Positions 12,652 through 24,338 of a DNA stretch of 64,000 nucleotides are shown here, in pieces; within the stretch, counting starts at the first letter, position 1; each line of letters opens with the position of its first letter. A program made the position numbers and the translations under genes. Location of the stretch: contig NC_043010.1 of the NCBI RefSeq assembly GCF_006345805.1, positions 66,464,001 through 66,528,000 on the forward strand, read 5' to 3'. The DNA is from Octopus sinensis (lineage: Eukaryota). The notes beneath the pieces are model-generated. The model was given only the letters and a program-made list of their open reading frames with translations. It did not search any database and was not told where the DNA came from.

Positions 12652-12867
12652 CAGAGAATCCCTCGACTATCGCGGGTTACATTCAAAACTCCACTGCGAT
12701 AGGTGAAAATCCTCGAAGTAGAAACAGTACTGTATTGCATATTTTTTATTATATTTATTTTATTATAAATGCAAAACAACGCCACAGAGGAATCGACGTA
12801 AGCTTAAGTAATAAATCGCGATAGGTGAACCGTAATAGGTGAACCGCGATATGTCGAGGGATTACTG
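12652..12867. mobile_element. pogo/Tigger-like MITE
   Basis: Left aatccctcgactatcgcgg and right ccgcgatatgtcgagggattactg followed by TA. The left end is clipped by a SINE. Confidence 0.6.
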
Positions 12868-13382
12868 TATACGAAATAGCAGGAGAAATTACGTATGAAT
12901 CATCAAAGCCAAAATGTTTGATATATGAAATTGCATAGAAGTATTTAGAAATTTAGTTATGTACGCATGTGTATATATAGATTTTTCTCTAAACAGTTCT
13001 AATTTAATACAAGAGTATTTCTCAGAAAGCATGGAAAGAGGATGTAATGTCCAAAATGAATACCAATGTAATGCAATGAGGATGCAAATTATATGTGGGC
13101 GTCATGAGTTACTTCCCTTGCATTATATGAACGTCTTTCTATTATCGAGTTGTGTCCCTGTAATAAAATCACCAATCAATAAATCCAAAAACAATTTGGT
13201 ATAATTAGCAAAAGTCGCCTCTGAGTATTATTGGGTTACTTATCGTTACTTATAGAAATAACGAAAAGTATTTGAGGACATGTTTTGTAATTTAATAAAA
13301 TGACTCTAATCAGACAAAAATCAAATGCATTTTAATAAAAAAAAAAACTGTGAACATTTTCTCGATAAGCTTCCTCACAAAA

Positions 13383-14425
13383 TTCTATCAATCCGCTTTC
13401 AGCTTCGATGGCAGCTTCACTACGGGACCGGAATCGTTAATATACTTGCACCAATTGTTCCATATTCATTTCGGGCATCACCTCGGCGATGGTAGCCTTC
13501 AGTGAAGCTATAAAACAATGAGAATATCGATTAGTTTCTCTTCAAACAACGCGCCAAACGTAATAGTCGATAGGATTCAAATCTGAGGTCACGGGTTTGA
13601 TGTTACATAACGATAAGGATTGTTTGACACCAGTTCTTGTGTAACGTGGACTTTGTGAGAAAGTGATGAGTCATGCTGGAACACATATGGCCTTTCACTG
13701 TGTACTTCATCCATCAAGAGCATAGCATTTCAACGTATCAAGCAGCATTAATCGAAGACTGTGGAAAGCTATGAGACAGCGTGACACGACCTTCATTACT
13801 CACCATTCTTAAAGCCATCACAATTGCTTGAAACGTAAAGTGAATCATTCTGGGGAGTCCATAAGGATCTGCAAATAAACGCCGGTCATTTCTCCTGAGA
13901 GACTTTTGGTCTTGGTCGACAATTTTCTTGTCAAAGAAAAACCAAAGCATACCATATTTCTGAGGATTTTTAGCCTTGTTAAATAACCGCTTGGTGTGGA
14001 ATTGTTTTCCTGTTTTTGCAGACATGAACTGACTTCTACCCCGGTACAACGACTTGTATTGCATGTTCTCATTGGCCACAATTCTGATAGTCCACTCCAG
14101 TGCTTTTCAAACTTTTTGCTGGAGCGGAACCCCAAGGAAACATTCCACTGGCTTGAGGAACCCCTGGGCAATAATTTGATTGTCTTATGCATACATATCT
14201 GCACAGGAGACTTAAAAATTACTGCCGATTTTTGCAGCTTTGTAACTTCTTGCGGAACCCCTGGACTGTACTGGTGGAACCCTGGTTGAAAACCACTGGT
14301 CCACTCCATCGGCTGAAGTACTTTCACGGTGGTCCTCATTGATTTTTCGGGATCATCATCGATAATGTCCTGAACCTATTGAATGAATTGCTGTGTTCTT
14401 GTAGTGACCGAACGTTTTGAAGTGA
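13383..14425 (-). mobile_element. Decayed maT (DD37D-type) Tc1/mariner transposase
   Basis: Reads VQDIIDDDPEKSMR...NENMQYKS...QDQKSLRRNDR...VSNEGRV...RPYVFQHDS...DLNPIDYYVW...IEAESGLIE, with stops and frameshifts. Interrupted by a hAT MITE. Confidence 0.8.
14098..14298. mobile_element. hAT-type MITE
   Basis: TIRs CAGTGCTTTTCAAAC / GGTTGAAAACCACTG. Perfect 8-bp TSD GTCCACTC at 14090-14097 and 14299-14306. Confidence 0.9.
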
Positions 14426-14504
14426 TAGGGAGTGGATGGGGTTGTGTGTGTATGGTGGGGGTTATATGCAGTTGAAATATTCTTATGTGTGTGTGTGTGG
14501 AAAC

Positions 14505-15115
14505 AACATGTACTGCTTGGCATTCACAATGGAAGCTCCAATGAACATTTCAGAATGTTTTGGTGTCAATCCGAGGACAGTGCAATCTGAGGACATGTAC
14601 GAAGAGTGATAAAAATCAAACATCCAGTCAACAACTTGGTGTTTGGAGTGATCACTAGTGATGGCGACGTTATGCCTCCATTCATCTTCCACACAGAGTC
14701 CTACATCAAGTGCCTTGAGAGGTAGTGTTGCCCTAGGTCAAGAGGGTGGCTGCCTGAAGACCCTATGTCTGGCAACAAGACTCTGCACCATGTCACACAA
14801 GTAAGAGAACCCAGTCATGGCTGTCAGACAATTTCTGCGACCACATCACCCCTAACATCAGGCCACCTAACTCCCCAGACTGCAACCCCCTCGATTATTA
14901 TGTGTGGGGCAGAGTTGAACGAGAGACCAACAAAACTCCTTGTAACACCACAGATGAACTGAAGGCAAGGATTATAGTAGCATTCACCAACTTAAACAAG
15001 GAGACCATCCAGAAGTGTTGCAGGAGATTCCAAAGTCATCTGGAGTCAGATATTTCTATGTAATTTTGGTAAATATATCTGTTAAAATAAGATGTCAGTG
15101 TTATTTTCATTTTTG
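14505..15115 (+). mobile_element. Internally deleted maT (DD37D) transposon
   Basis: Reads FGVITSDGDVMPPFIF...RPYVWQQDSAPCHTSKRTQSWLSDNFCDHITPNIRPPNSPDCNPLDYYVWG. D at 14779 and D at 14893 are separated by 37 residues. Confidence 0.85.
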
Positions 15116-15196
15116 CTTAATTTAGACAGCAATATATTCACTGCCCTCTGTATGTATGTGTGTGTATATATATACATTATATATATATATAATATA

Positions 15197-15237
<41 letters not shown>

Positions 15238-15664
15238 TGAAATGCGTTTTTACCGCTTGGTTCGCTTTCAATGCCACTACATCCCGTCCGATTCGCTCCA
15301 AAATTTACACGGACATGTAGAATGAGGTGACGATGCGCGTGGGCTACCTTACAAATCCCTATCTTAAAAGCTGTGGTTTAGGGGCCATCTTCCTACCTCA
15401 CCCTATTTCCTCCAGTACTCTGTCACTCCTCTTCATTTATAACTTTCAGAATGCCACTACGGTTATTTAAAGTATCTGTCACTATCGCTATTTCCTTTCT
15501 TTTTCACTGACTCTGTTTCCTACCTTCCTATCACTTCGGCGGGCGTTCTTTGAAGTATATGTCTGTCACCAACAATCAACACACGAGCATGAGAACAAAT
15601 ATTATGAATCAGATATTCTTGCGTTCATTATATGTGTGTGGTGTGTGTGTGTGTGTATTGTTCT

Positions 15665-15910
15665 GATATATATATGTATATATAATGTATGTGTGTGTGT
15701 TCTATATATAAATATGTATATATAATGTATGTGTGTGTGTGTGTTCTATATATAAATATGTATATATAATGTATGTGTGTGTGTGTGTTCTATATATAAA
15801 TATGTATATATAATGTATGTGTGTGTGTGTGTGTGTGTTCTATATATAAATATGTATATAATGTATGTGTGTGTGTGTGTTCTATATATAAATATGTATA
15901 TATAATGTAT
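15665..15910. repeat. Minisatellite, about 6 x 40-48 bp
   Basis: Unit tgtatatataatgtat(gt)nttctatatataaata with a variable GT run. Confidence 0.8.
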
Positions 15911-16057
15911 ATATACATAGTGTATATATCTGTATTTATGTATTAAACTTTTTCATACTTTTTCATAGTATATATATTTTTAAACAAATATAAATATAAT
16001 AATTCATAATTTTTATTTTCAATTTAAATAATTTAAAGTTTTCAATTTTATATTTTA

Positions 16058-16556
16058 CTAGCAGTATCGCCCGGCGTTGCTCGGGTTTGTAGGGAAATAA
16101 CTATATAAGCATTTTTAGTGAGTTATAGCAAAAAAAATAGCAAAAAATGCATTAGTAAAGTGGAATAAAAATGATAGTAATTTCTTTTTTAAATCGTTGA
16201 CTCATCGTAGACATTTTTTACAGAGTTTCTTCCCTTATATAATAGCGAAAAATGCATTAAAATGGAATAAAAAAATGATGGTAATTTTTTTTTAATCGTT
16301 GACTCATCGTAGACATTTTAGAGAGTTACTTCCCTTATATAATAGCGAAAAATGCATTAAAATGGAATAAAAAATTATGGTAAATTTTTTTAAATCGTAG
16401 ACTCATCGTAGACGCGCGCTAATACCCAGAAGGGCTCGATATGAATCACGACTATAAGATACCCGGTTTTGGTTACACTGCACCGCAAAATGTGGGAGTA
16501 GTTAGGAATCTAAATCGTAGGAGACAGACACACAACCTTACTTTATATATTAAAGA
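16058..16556 (-). mobile_element. Non-autonomous Helitron
   Basis: 5' TC at 16556, 3' hairpin CCCGAGCAACGCCGGG then CTAG at 16061-16058, inserted between A and T, with internal tandem repeats of about 120 bp. Confidence 0.8.
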
Positions 16557-16861
16557 TTTGTGCAACAACTAAACATTCGGTTGTGCAAATTGTTTGCACA
16601 GGAACCCTGCCCTGTGTGGCGGTTTTTGCCGTTTTTGTGGATCTGTTTCAGCTTTTTTAGCGATTTCTGTTTTGGCGACTTCAAGCCATGAAGTCGTTGT
16701 TTAAAAAAGAACGCTGGTCTCCTTCACAACGCATTACGACGTTGTTGATTTCCTTACACTCCCTTCCCCACAGCTTCACGAGGAGGGAGGAAGAAGAGGG
16801 GAGGGAGAAGAAGCAACACAGGTGCAGGCGTGAGGTGGACGCCAACTCCGCCGCCATCGAC

Positions 16862-17083
16862 ACACGAAAAATATGCATTAAAATGGAATAAAAAATAATG
16901 TTAAATTATTTTTAAAATCGTACACTCATCGTAGACGCGCGCTAATACCCAGACGGGCTCGATATGAATCACGACTATAAGATACCCGAATTTGGTTAAA
17001 CTGCACCGCAAAATTGGGGAGTAGTTAGGAATCTAAATCGAAGGGGACAGACACTCACACAACTACAGTTTTATATATATAGA
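16862..17083 (-). mobile_element. Helitron 5' half lacking its own 3' terminator
   Basis: Homologous to 16350-16556; begins TCTATATATAT at 17083. No CTAG hairpin end seen. Confidence 0.6.
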
Positions 17084-18424
17084 TATATTTTCTATGTTAT
17101 ATTCTTTTTTTATGTTTTTGTTTTTGGTTTTTCACTGTTTGATTTGCCTATTAGTGGTTTTATCTCTAATTTAATTTATACAGATATATATCTCATTGTA
17201 TACATTTGTATATATAATGCGTGCACACACACACATATATATATATACACATATAATATGTGTGCATTACGTAGTCGGTCGATTCACCTGAAAATATGCA
17301 CACCTATGTTAAAGGTGCTGACAAGTTTGCATCACAACTATTTTGTCCTCAAATGAAAGGCGTCACCTCTAGGACAAAATTCCTCATCTTATAAAATGTG
17401 GCCCCAGTACCCCGAATGAAATCGAGTTATATAACCCAAATGTGTGAAAAGGGGTCTAAATGGGGCTGGAAGGGGATTAAAATTTCAAAGAGCGGGTGTT
17501 TGGAATTCTCTGTTGCATCAAGCTAAAAAATTTGCGCCAGCCTTTTAATCGTCATGTGTTGCCGCGTCCTGATAAAGAAGTTTTGAATGCTTGCCATGGT
17601 GAGTCTACTGTCGTGAGAAAGAATCACTTCAAAAATTGGTGTTTACGAATTTTCTTTTACATCAAGTTCAAAATTTTACGCCAGCCGTTAAACTGTCACT
17701 ACGTTGCTGTCCGTCGTTAACAAATGCCAGCCATGGTGACTCTACTATCCTCAGATTCTATCCCTTCAAACTTTGGTTTCCAATATTTTATTATTTTTAT
17801 TCAGCTCGCAAGTTCGTCTGTCCCTTTTGAATGTTAGCGTTTTGCTGTCTGCCTTGAAGCAGACCTTTCCATTGCCACTGCCTCATATTTCTGATTGATC
17901 TTTCTAAATATTTTATTTCTCAACTTACTCAAGATCTTCTGTGTGTATAAAATGGGAGAGAGATAGATAAAGATAGAGAGTAAGAGAAAGCGAGGGAGAG
18001 TCAGAGAGAAAAGAAAAGTAAGAGAGTGGAAGTGAGAGAAAGGAGAGAGAAAAAAAATACGGAGAGAAACAAATACGGGTTGGGCAGTGTGTGACCGGGT
18101 CTCAGAAGCCAGGAGGCTGCACAGGCTCCAGTCTGATCTGGCAGTGTTTCTACAGGTGGATGACCTTCCTAACGCCAACCACACTGTGAGTGTAGTGAGT
18201 GCTTTTTGGTGCTAGGGGGGCTCGCAGTGGCAACAATCGGTTGGTGCTTTTTACGTGCCACCAGCACAGAAGCAAGTCAAGGCGTGGTGCTGCAATCGGC
18301 CACGTTCGGATGGTGCTTTTTACGTGCTGAAAGGAAACACAGAAAGTAACACCCCACACTCTTACCCGCGCGTAGAGCGGGTCACCTTCAGCTAGTATAT
18401 ATATATATATAATATATATATATA

Positions 18425-18670
18425 TACTGTTGTGTCTGGAGAGAGTCATTTTCTTTTGTGCCTTATAATGTAACACATCACCAGTAAAATTTTCACTTAT
18501 TTCTTATTTTTATTTTCCTAATATTTTCGTTGCGTCTTGTAACCTTTTCAATAGTCTTGACTTGCAATTGTAGGAAAATAAAAATAAGAAATAAGTGGAA
18601 ATTTTACCGGTGAGTGTATTACATTATAAGGCACAAAAAGAGAATGACTCTCCCCAGACACAACAGAACA
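18425..18670. mobile_element. Inverted (fold-back) hammerhead-bearing repeat, probable Penelope-like pLTR pair
   Basis: ctgttgtgtctggagagagtcattttc ... gagaatgactctccccagacacaacag are mirror arms centred on tagtcttgact. Same family as the 20.8-kb palindrome core. Confidence 0.55.
18518..18554 (-). ncRNA. Hammerhead ribozyme motif, family 4 (U3-A8), degenerate copy
   Basis: CTA-TTGAAAA-G-GTTAC(AAGAC)GCAAC-GAA-AATA-T-TAG. Carries U16.1>A and one stem II mismatch relative to the consensus built from the 20.8-kb copies. Confidence 0.5.
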
Positions 18671-19246
18671 TGCTTCAACACACAAACTCACATAAAGAAT
18701 CTTGCAAACCAAATCCAAAAATGAAATATATATATATATATATGAAGGGATTCCACACAGTTTCTTTCTACCAAATTCCCTCAGTCAGCATTGGTTGGCA
18801 TGGGGATATAGAAGAAGATACTTGCCCAGTGTACTACACAATGGAACTGAACCCAGGCCAACATGGTTGGAAAACAAACCTCTCCACTTAACAGCCCTAC
18901 CTGTCCACTTATTAACCAGCTTTTCAAATCTGTTGTGTTAGACATGCTTGATTGATCTGAGGAAATATTTGTGTGAGCTTTTCAAAATCTTTTCCTGTGT
19001 TATTTTTCAGTCAGACCCAAATGATTGCTGCATTCCTTTACATTACACGGCTTTGCTGCTTTACTCATCCAACATCAACGCTGACTGCACATATCAGAGA
19101 TTCCAGTGTATCAAATAACCTGTCCTTAATTTAGGGTCTCTGTTTAAATAAACAACATTGTAATTTGTTATCGAGGTGAAAGAATTGTAGAAATAGTCAC
19201 ACAATGAAATAAGGGGCCAGACATTAGATTTTTATATACTTTTTTA

Positions 19247-19768
19247 CTTGTTTCAGTCATTTGACTGTGGCCATGCTGGAGCACCGCCTTTAGTCGAGCA
19301 AATCGACCCCAGGACTTATTCTTTGTAAGCTTAGCACTTATTCTATCGGTCTTTTGCTGAACCGCTAACTTACGGGGACGTAAACACACCAGCATCGGTT
19401 GTCAAGCAATGTTGGGGGGGACAAACACAGACACACAAACATACACACACACATATATACATATATACGACGGGCTTCTTTCAGTTTCCGTCTACCAAAT
19501 CCACTCACAAGGCTTTGGTCGGCCCGAAGCTATAGTAGAAGACACCTGCCCAAGGTGCCACGCAGTGGGACTGAACCCAGAACCATGTGGTTGGTAAGCA
19601 AGCTACGACGGGCTTCTTTCAGTTTCCATCTACCAAATTCACTCACAAGGCTTTGATCAACCTGAGGCTATAGTAGAAGACACTTGCCCAAGATGCCACG
19701 CAGTGGGACTGAACCCGGAACCATGTGGTTGGTAAGCAAGCTACTTACCACACAGCCACTCCTACGCC
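19247..19768 (-). mobile_element. SINE family A with duplicated head half
   Basis: The head segment is repeated at about 19470-19605 and 19605-19768. Confidence 0.78.
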
Positions 19769-20525
19769 TATATATATATTTCTCTTTTTTCTAAGTTTCA
19801 AAACACTTTTCAACCTTCTGCAAGAAGAAAGGCGAGTGGAGTGTGAATAAGATAAACACTGGACACATGCAGGTGCAAGCATGGCCGTATGGTTAAGCGA
19901 CTCACTTTGTAAGGTTTCAGGTTCAGTCCCAGTGTGCAGCACCTTGAACAAGTACCTTTTGAGCGAATTTGGTAGAAAGAAACTGTGTGGAAGCCTATCT
20001 TAATTGTGTGTCTGTGTCTGTGTCTGTGTCTGTGTGTCTGTGTGTGTGTCTGTGTGTCTGTGTCTATGTGTGTGTGCGTGTGTGTCTGTGTGCGTGTCTG
20101 TGTGTGTGTCTATGTGTGTGTGTCTGTGTGTGTGTGTCTGTGTTATTATAAATGAAAAAATGTATAAACAAACGACATAATGTATACTAAATGTAAAAAC
20201 AAATAGGAGACAACTAGAGGTCCATAATTCTTCATCTGTTATCAACCAATTGGTACCCTTCAGTTTCACACTTTTAAGGATAAGACTGAGTGCTTCCCAA
20301 TTGGCGGTGCCCACAGCAAAGATGTTTTCTTGCAGAGAATTAGGAACAAGAGCAAACAAAACAAGTAAAACTAGAGAGAGTGTGATTTAGGATGGTGGAT
20401 TTAGGATGTAAGTATATATATACATATTTATATATATTGTATATATATATATATATAACAAATTAATAAATAAATAAAACATATGCATATATACATACAT
20501 ATATGTACGTACCTACCTCTACATG

Positions 20526-20614
20526 CATATATGGGTACAGGACACCAAAAAAACGTCGAACACAATGAGAAACGAAAACATAATATATATATATATATAC
20601 ACATATATATATAT

Positions 20615-20647
<33 letters not shown>

Positions 20648-20950
20648 CTCTCAGAGTGGTTGGCGTTAGGAAGGGCATCCAGCTGTAGAATCATTTTCAT
20701 TTTGTGCCTTTTAACGTAACACACTCACCAGTAAAATTTCCACTTATTTCTTATTTTTATTTTCCTAAATTTTCGTTGCGTTTTGCAACCTTTTCAATAG
20801 TCTTGACTATTGAAAAGTTGCAATGAAATTTTAGGAAAATAAAAATAGAAATAAGTGGAAATTTTACTGGTGAGTGTGTTACATTAAAAGGCACAAAATG
20901 AAAATGACTTCTACAGCTGGATGCCCTTCCTAACGCCAACCACTCTGAGA

Positions 20951-21020
<70 letters not shown>

Positions 21021-21104
21021 ATATATATATATGTGTGTATATATATATATTATGTTTCGTTTCTCATTGTGTTCGACGTTTTTTTGTGTCCGTACCCATA
21101 TATG
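20526..21104. repeat. About 580-bp composite palindrome (inverted duplication)
   Basis: Centre aatagtc-TT-gactatt at 20803-20804. The arms mirror a hammerhead-bearing repeat, an RTE-3'UTR fragment, a TA microsatellite and a further repeat fragment. Confidence 0.85.
20765..20800 (-). ncRNA. Hammerhead ribozyme motif, family 4 (U3-A8)
   Basis: CTA-TTGAAAA-G-GTTGC(AAAAC)GCAAC-GAA-AATT-T-AG. Stem II is a perfect 5 bp and helix III (AATT) is palindromic. One T is missing before the 3' strand of stem I; it is present in the opposite arm at about 20829-20835. Confidence 0.58.
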
Positions 21105-21945
21105 AATATATATATTCAAAACACTATTTCAGAAAATTATCTCCATTCTCTTTGAGCATATATAAAAGACAAATTTAGCTGGGGCAAAATGAGTAAGAAG
21201 AGATAAAGTAAATTTGTTTCTTTGCTTCTCCAGAATTATATTTAATAAAAAAAAAAAACTCATATATATCATTATCCATCCTTAGACATAAGAAAGATTA
21301 GTAATGCTACAAAAATTTTAGATATCTAAGGCAGATGAAAGAGGATCAAAAAAAAAGTCACATCATCATCATCATCGTCGTCATCATTTAACATCCACTT
21401 TCCATGCTAGCATGGGTTGGACGATTTGACTGAGGTCTGGCAAACCAGATGGCTGCGTCAGGCTCCAATCCGATCTGGCAGAGTTTCTACAGCTTGATGC
21501 CCTTCCTAACGCCAACCACTCCGAGAGTGTAGTGGGTGTTTTTACATGCCACCGGCACGAGGGCCAGTCAGGCAGTACTGGCAACAGCCACGCTCAAAAT
21601 TAACAAAATTCCATTAAGTCTAAAAACTCGACATAAAATATTCTTCACAACCTGTTAGAGCGTCTCTCTTCTTGATATATTCATGCAACATGCAGCTAAA
21701 GAAAAGGAATTGTTAACATTAATCATTACTCATTTTGCCCTACTTTAGACATACTTTTTTTTTTTTTGGAAAATTGAAAATTAACAAATTAGACATTTAG
21801 TGTAGAAAAAAAAAGTGATTTGGAATACGACAAAAACAAGAATATTTATTGATTGTTAAACATCAACAATTAGCCAGATATTTTATTAGCAACCACAATT
21901 ATAACTGGGTGAAGGTTAAGAAAAAAATTTCTTGAAAAAAAAAAT

Positions 21946-22765
21946 AGGTGTAGGAGTGGCTGTATGGTAAGTAGCTTGCTTACCAGCCACATGGTTCTGG
22001 GTTCAGTCCTACTACGTGGCACCTTGGGTAGATGTCTTCTACTATTGCCTCAGGCCGACCACAGCCTTGTGAGTGGATTTTGTAGAAGGAAACTGAAAGA
22101 AGTCCGTCGTATATATGTATATTTAAATGTATGTATATGTGTGTGTATATGTTTGTGCGTCTGTGTTTGTCCCCGCCAACATCACTTGACAACCGATGGT
22201 GGTGTGTTTATGTCCCCGTAACTTAGCGGTTCGGCAAAAGACACCGATTGAATGAGTACTGGGCTTACAAAGAATAAGTCCTGAGGTCGATTTGCTCGAC
22301 TAAAAGGCGGTGCTCCAGCATGGCCGCAGTCAAATGACTGAAACAAGTAAAAGAGTAAAAAATAAACAAAAAAAAAAGAGTATAGGCGCAGGAGTGGCTG
22401 TGTGGTAGGTAGCTTGTCTACCAACCACATGGTTCCGGGTTCAGTGTCTTCTACTATAGCCTCGGGCCGACCAAAGCCTTGTGAGTGGATTTGGTAGACG
22501 GAAACTGAAAGAAGCCCGTCGTATATATGAATATATATGTATGTGTGTGTGTGTGTGTCTGTGTTTGTCCCCTAGCATTGCTTGACAACCGATGCTGGTG
22601 TGTTTATGTCCCCGTTACTTAGCGGTTCGGCAAAAGGACCGATAGAATAAGCACTGGGCTTACAAAAGAATAAGTCCCGGGGTCGAGTTGCTCGATTAAA
22701 GGCGGTGCTCCAGCATGGCCGCAGTCACATGACTGAAACAAGTAAAAGAGTAAAAAATAAAATTT
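21946..22765 (+). mobile_element. Tandem pair of family A SINEs immediately upstream of ARH3
   Basis: Copies at 21946-22358 and 22384-22765; the second ends about 140 bp before the ATG. Confidence 0.8.
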
Positions 22766-22904
22766 AAAAAAACAAAAGAGTGTATGTATGTATTGAGAAA
22801 AGCAAAACTCGTCAGGCGAGTGCTGGTAATAAGGGGGGATAACTGCAAACCGCTTCTCGACTCCGGTCATTATTTACAACGACGGCGACATCAGAGCAAG
22901 ACGG

Positions 22905-23043
22905 ATGGCGAAACTGGCCTCTAGATTTCGAGGATCCCTCATCGGGGCCCTTATAGGCGATTGTTTTGGGGCACAATTTGAATTTTTACCAATGGCGATT
23001 ACAGCCAGTAAAGTTGTTGATTTTGTCACAGTCCTCGAAAAAA
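22905..23043 (+). CDS. ADPRS: ARH3 (ADP-ribosylhydrolase 3) coding exon 1
   Basis: ATG at 22905 reads MAKLASRFRGSLIGALIGDCFGAQFEFLPMAITASKVVDFVTVLEK, matching human ARH3 SRFRGCLAGALLGDCVGSFYE (E26 = human E41). Donor GTAAGT at 23044, phase 1. Confidence 0.95.
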
Positions 23044-23196
23044 GTAAGTTATCCGCTTCAATTATTGTTTAACGTTGATTGACTGATTTTTACTACATTA
23101 TTTGAGAAATTTTGAAATTATCTCTCTTCGATGGTCTTTTTGCAATTAGGATATATACCAGACTTTGTTGTTTGAGCGATCGCCAGTTCTGAATGG

Positions 23197-23595
23197 GGCG
23201 ATCTTTCGTCTCTATTTTTTTTTACATATGAGCTTGCGGGAACTTTTGAAGTTATGAGAGCGAAAGAGACTAAGAGAAAGCGATTGTATGACGAGGGAAG
23301 TTCTTTTGAAGTTACCGTGCGTATGAAGCATTGATGTACATGTGTGTGTGTGTGTGTGTGTGTTTGATGGGGTGTGGGAGACAGACAGTATGTTGTGTAA
23401 GTGAAGTGCTTCTGTTAGTGTGTGCGAAGAGACAGAGAGAGTAATGTGTGAAAGAAAGAGATAACTGAAATTTTTTACTCGGTGTATGTGTATATGTATG
23501 TAAATTACTTCAAAAGTTCCCGCAAGCCCATATGTAAATAAAAAAAATATTTTACGGAAATCGACGGAAAGGTCTACTAGAGACGAAAGATCGCC
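23197..23595. mobile_element. MITE with GG-starting TIRs and 8-bp TSD (Merlin-like)
   Basis: TIRs GGCGATCTTTCGTCTCTA / TAGAGACGAAAGATCGCC plus about 35 bp of inner inverted repeat. TSD CTGAATGG at 23189-23196 and 23596-23603. Confidence 0.72.
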
Positions 23596-24290
23596 CTGAA
23601 TGGTAGTTTAATCGTTGAAGTTACTTATTTGAGGAGTTCGCAGAAGTTCTCGCACCAGCGAGTGTAGCCTTCTGATTCAATGGTCGAATATAAATGTTCT
23701 TCCGTTTTCACTTTCTTATCTTTCAAATGAACACACTCCTCCATAACATTTGCAATCGCCTAAAAGGTTATGGGCTAATCGATAAGATTACTGAACAAAT
23801 GAGCAAAGTTGAAAATGTTTTAGAGGCTGATAGTGTTAACAAACAAAGCGCCCCTTAAATGACCCTTGCCTTGAGTGAATACTTTAGATATTATAGGCTC
23901 AGACGGGTTCGGGTGGGGGAAATGAACTGCGAGCTGGATTCGCCCAAATCAAACTCTGCTACCTTAGAAGTTAGAAACGAAGAACATACATTGGACGGCA
24001 ATCTGACAGTGTAGTTAAAGATATACATGGAAACTTGATGGGACGTCGTTGATCACTAGGTGTAGTCGATCTGTGTTGACTTGGGACCAGACAACATGAT
24101 CAGCGATTCTGTAGTCGTAGTGGAAGATGTGTGTATGTGTGTGTGTGTTATAATAAGAACAATTTCACTTTAAACTGAAGCATTACTCGATACTTTTGGC
24201 AGAGTACAAAATTATTCTTTCACAAGAACAGTATTAACAGGGACTTCGAAAAGTTTCGGCCAGCCAAGCCACGATCTATCTATCTATCTA

Positions 24291-24338
<48 letters not shown>

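Noticed and set aside
20180-20360. Strong minus-strand pyrimidine tract and AAG acceptor followed by an open frame (ENIFAVGTANWEALS...)
   Set aside because: No good donor, no recognisable homology and no upstream exon to connect it to.
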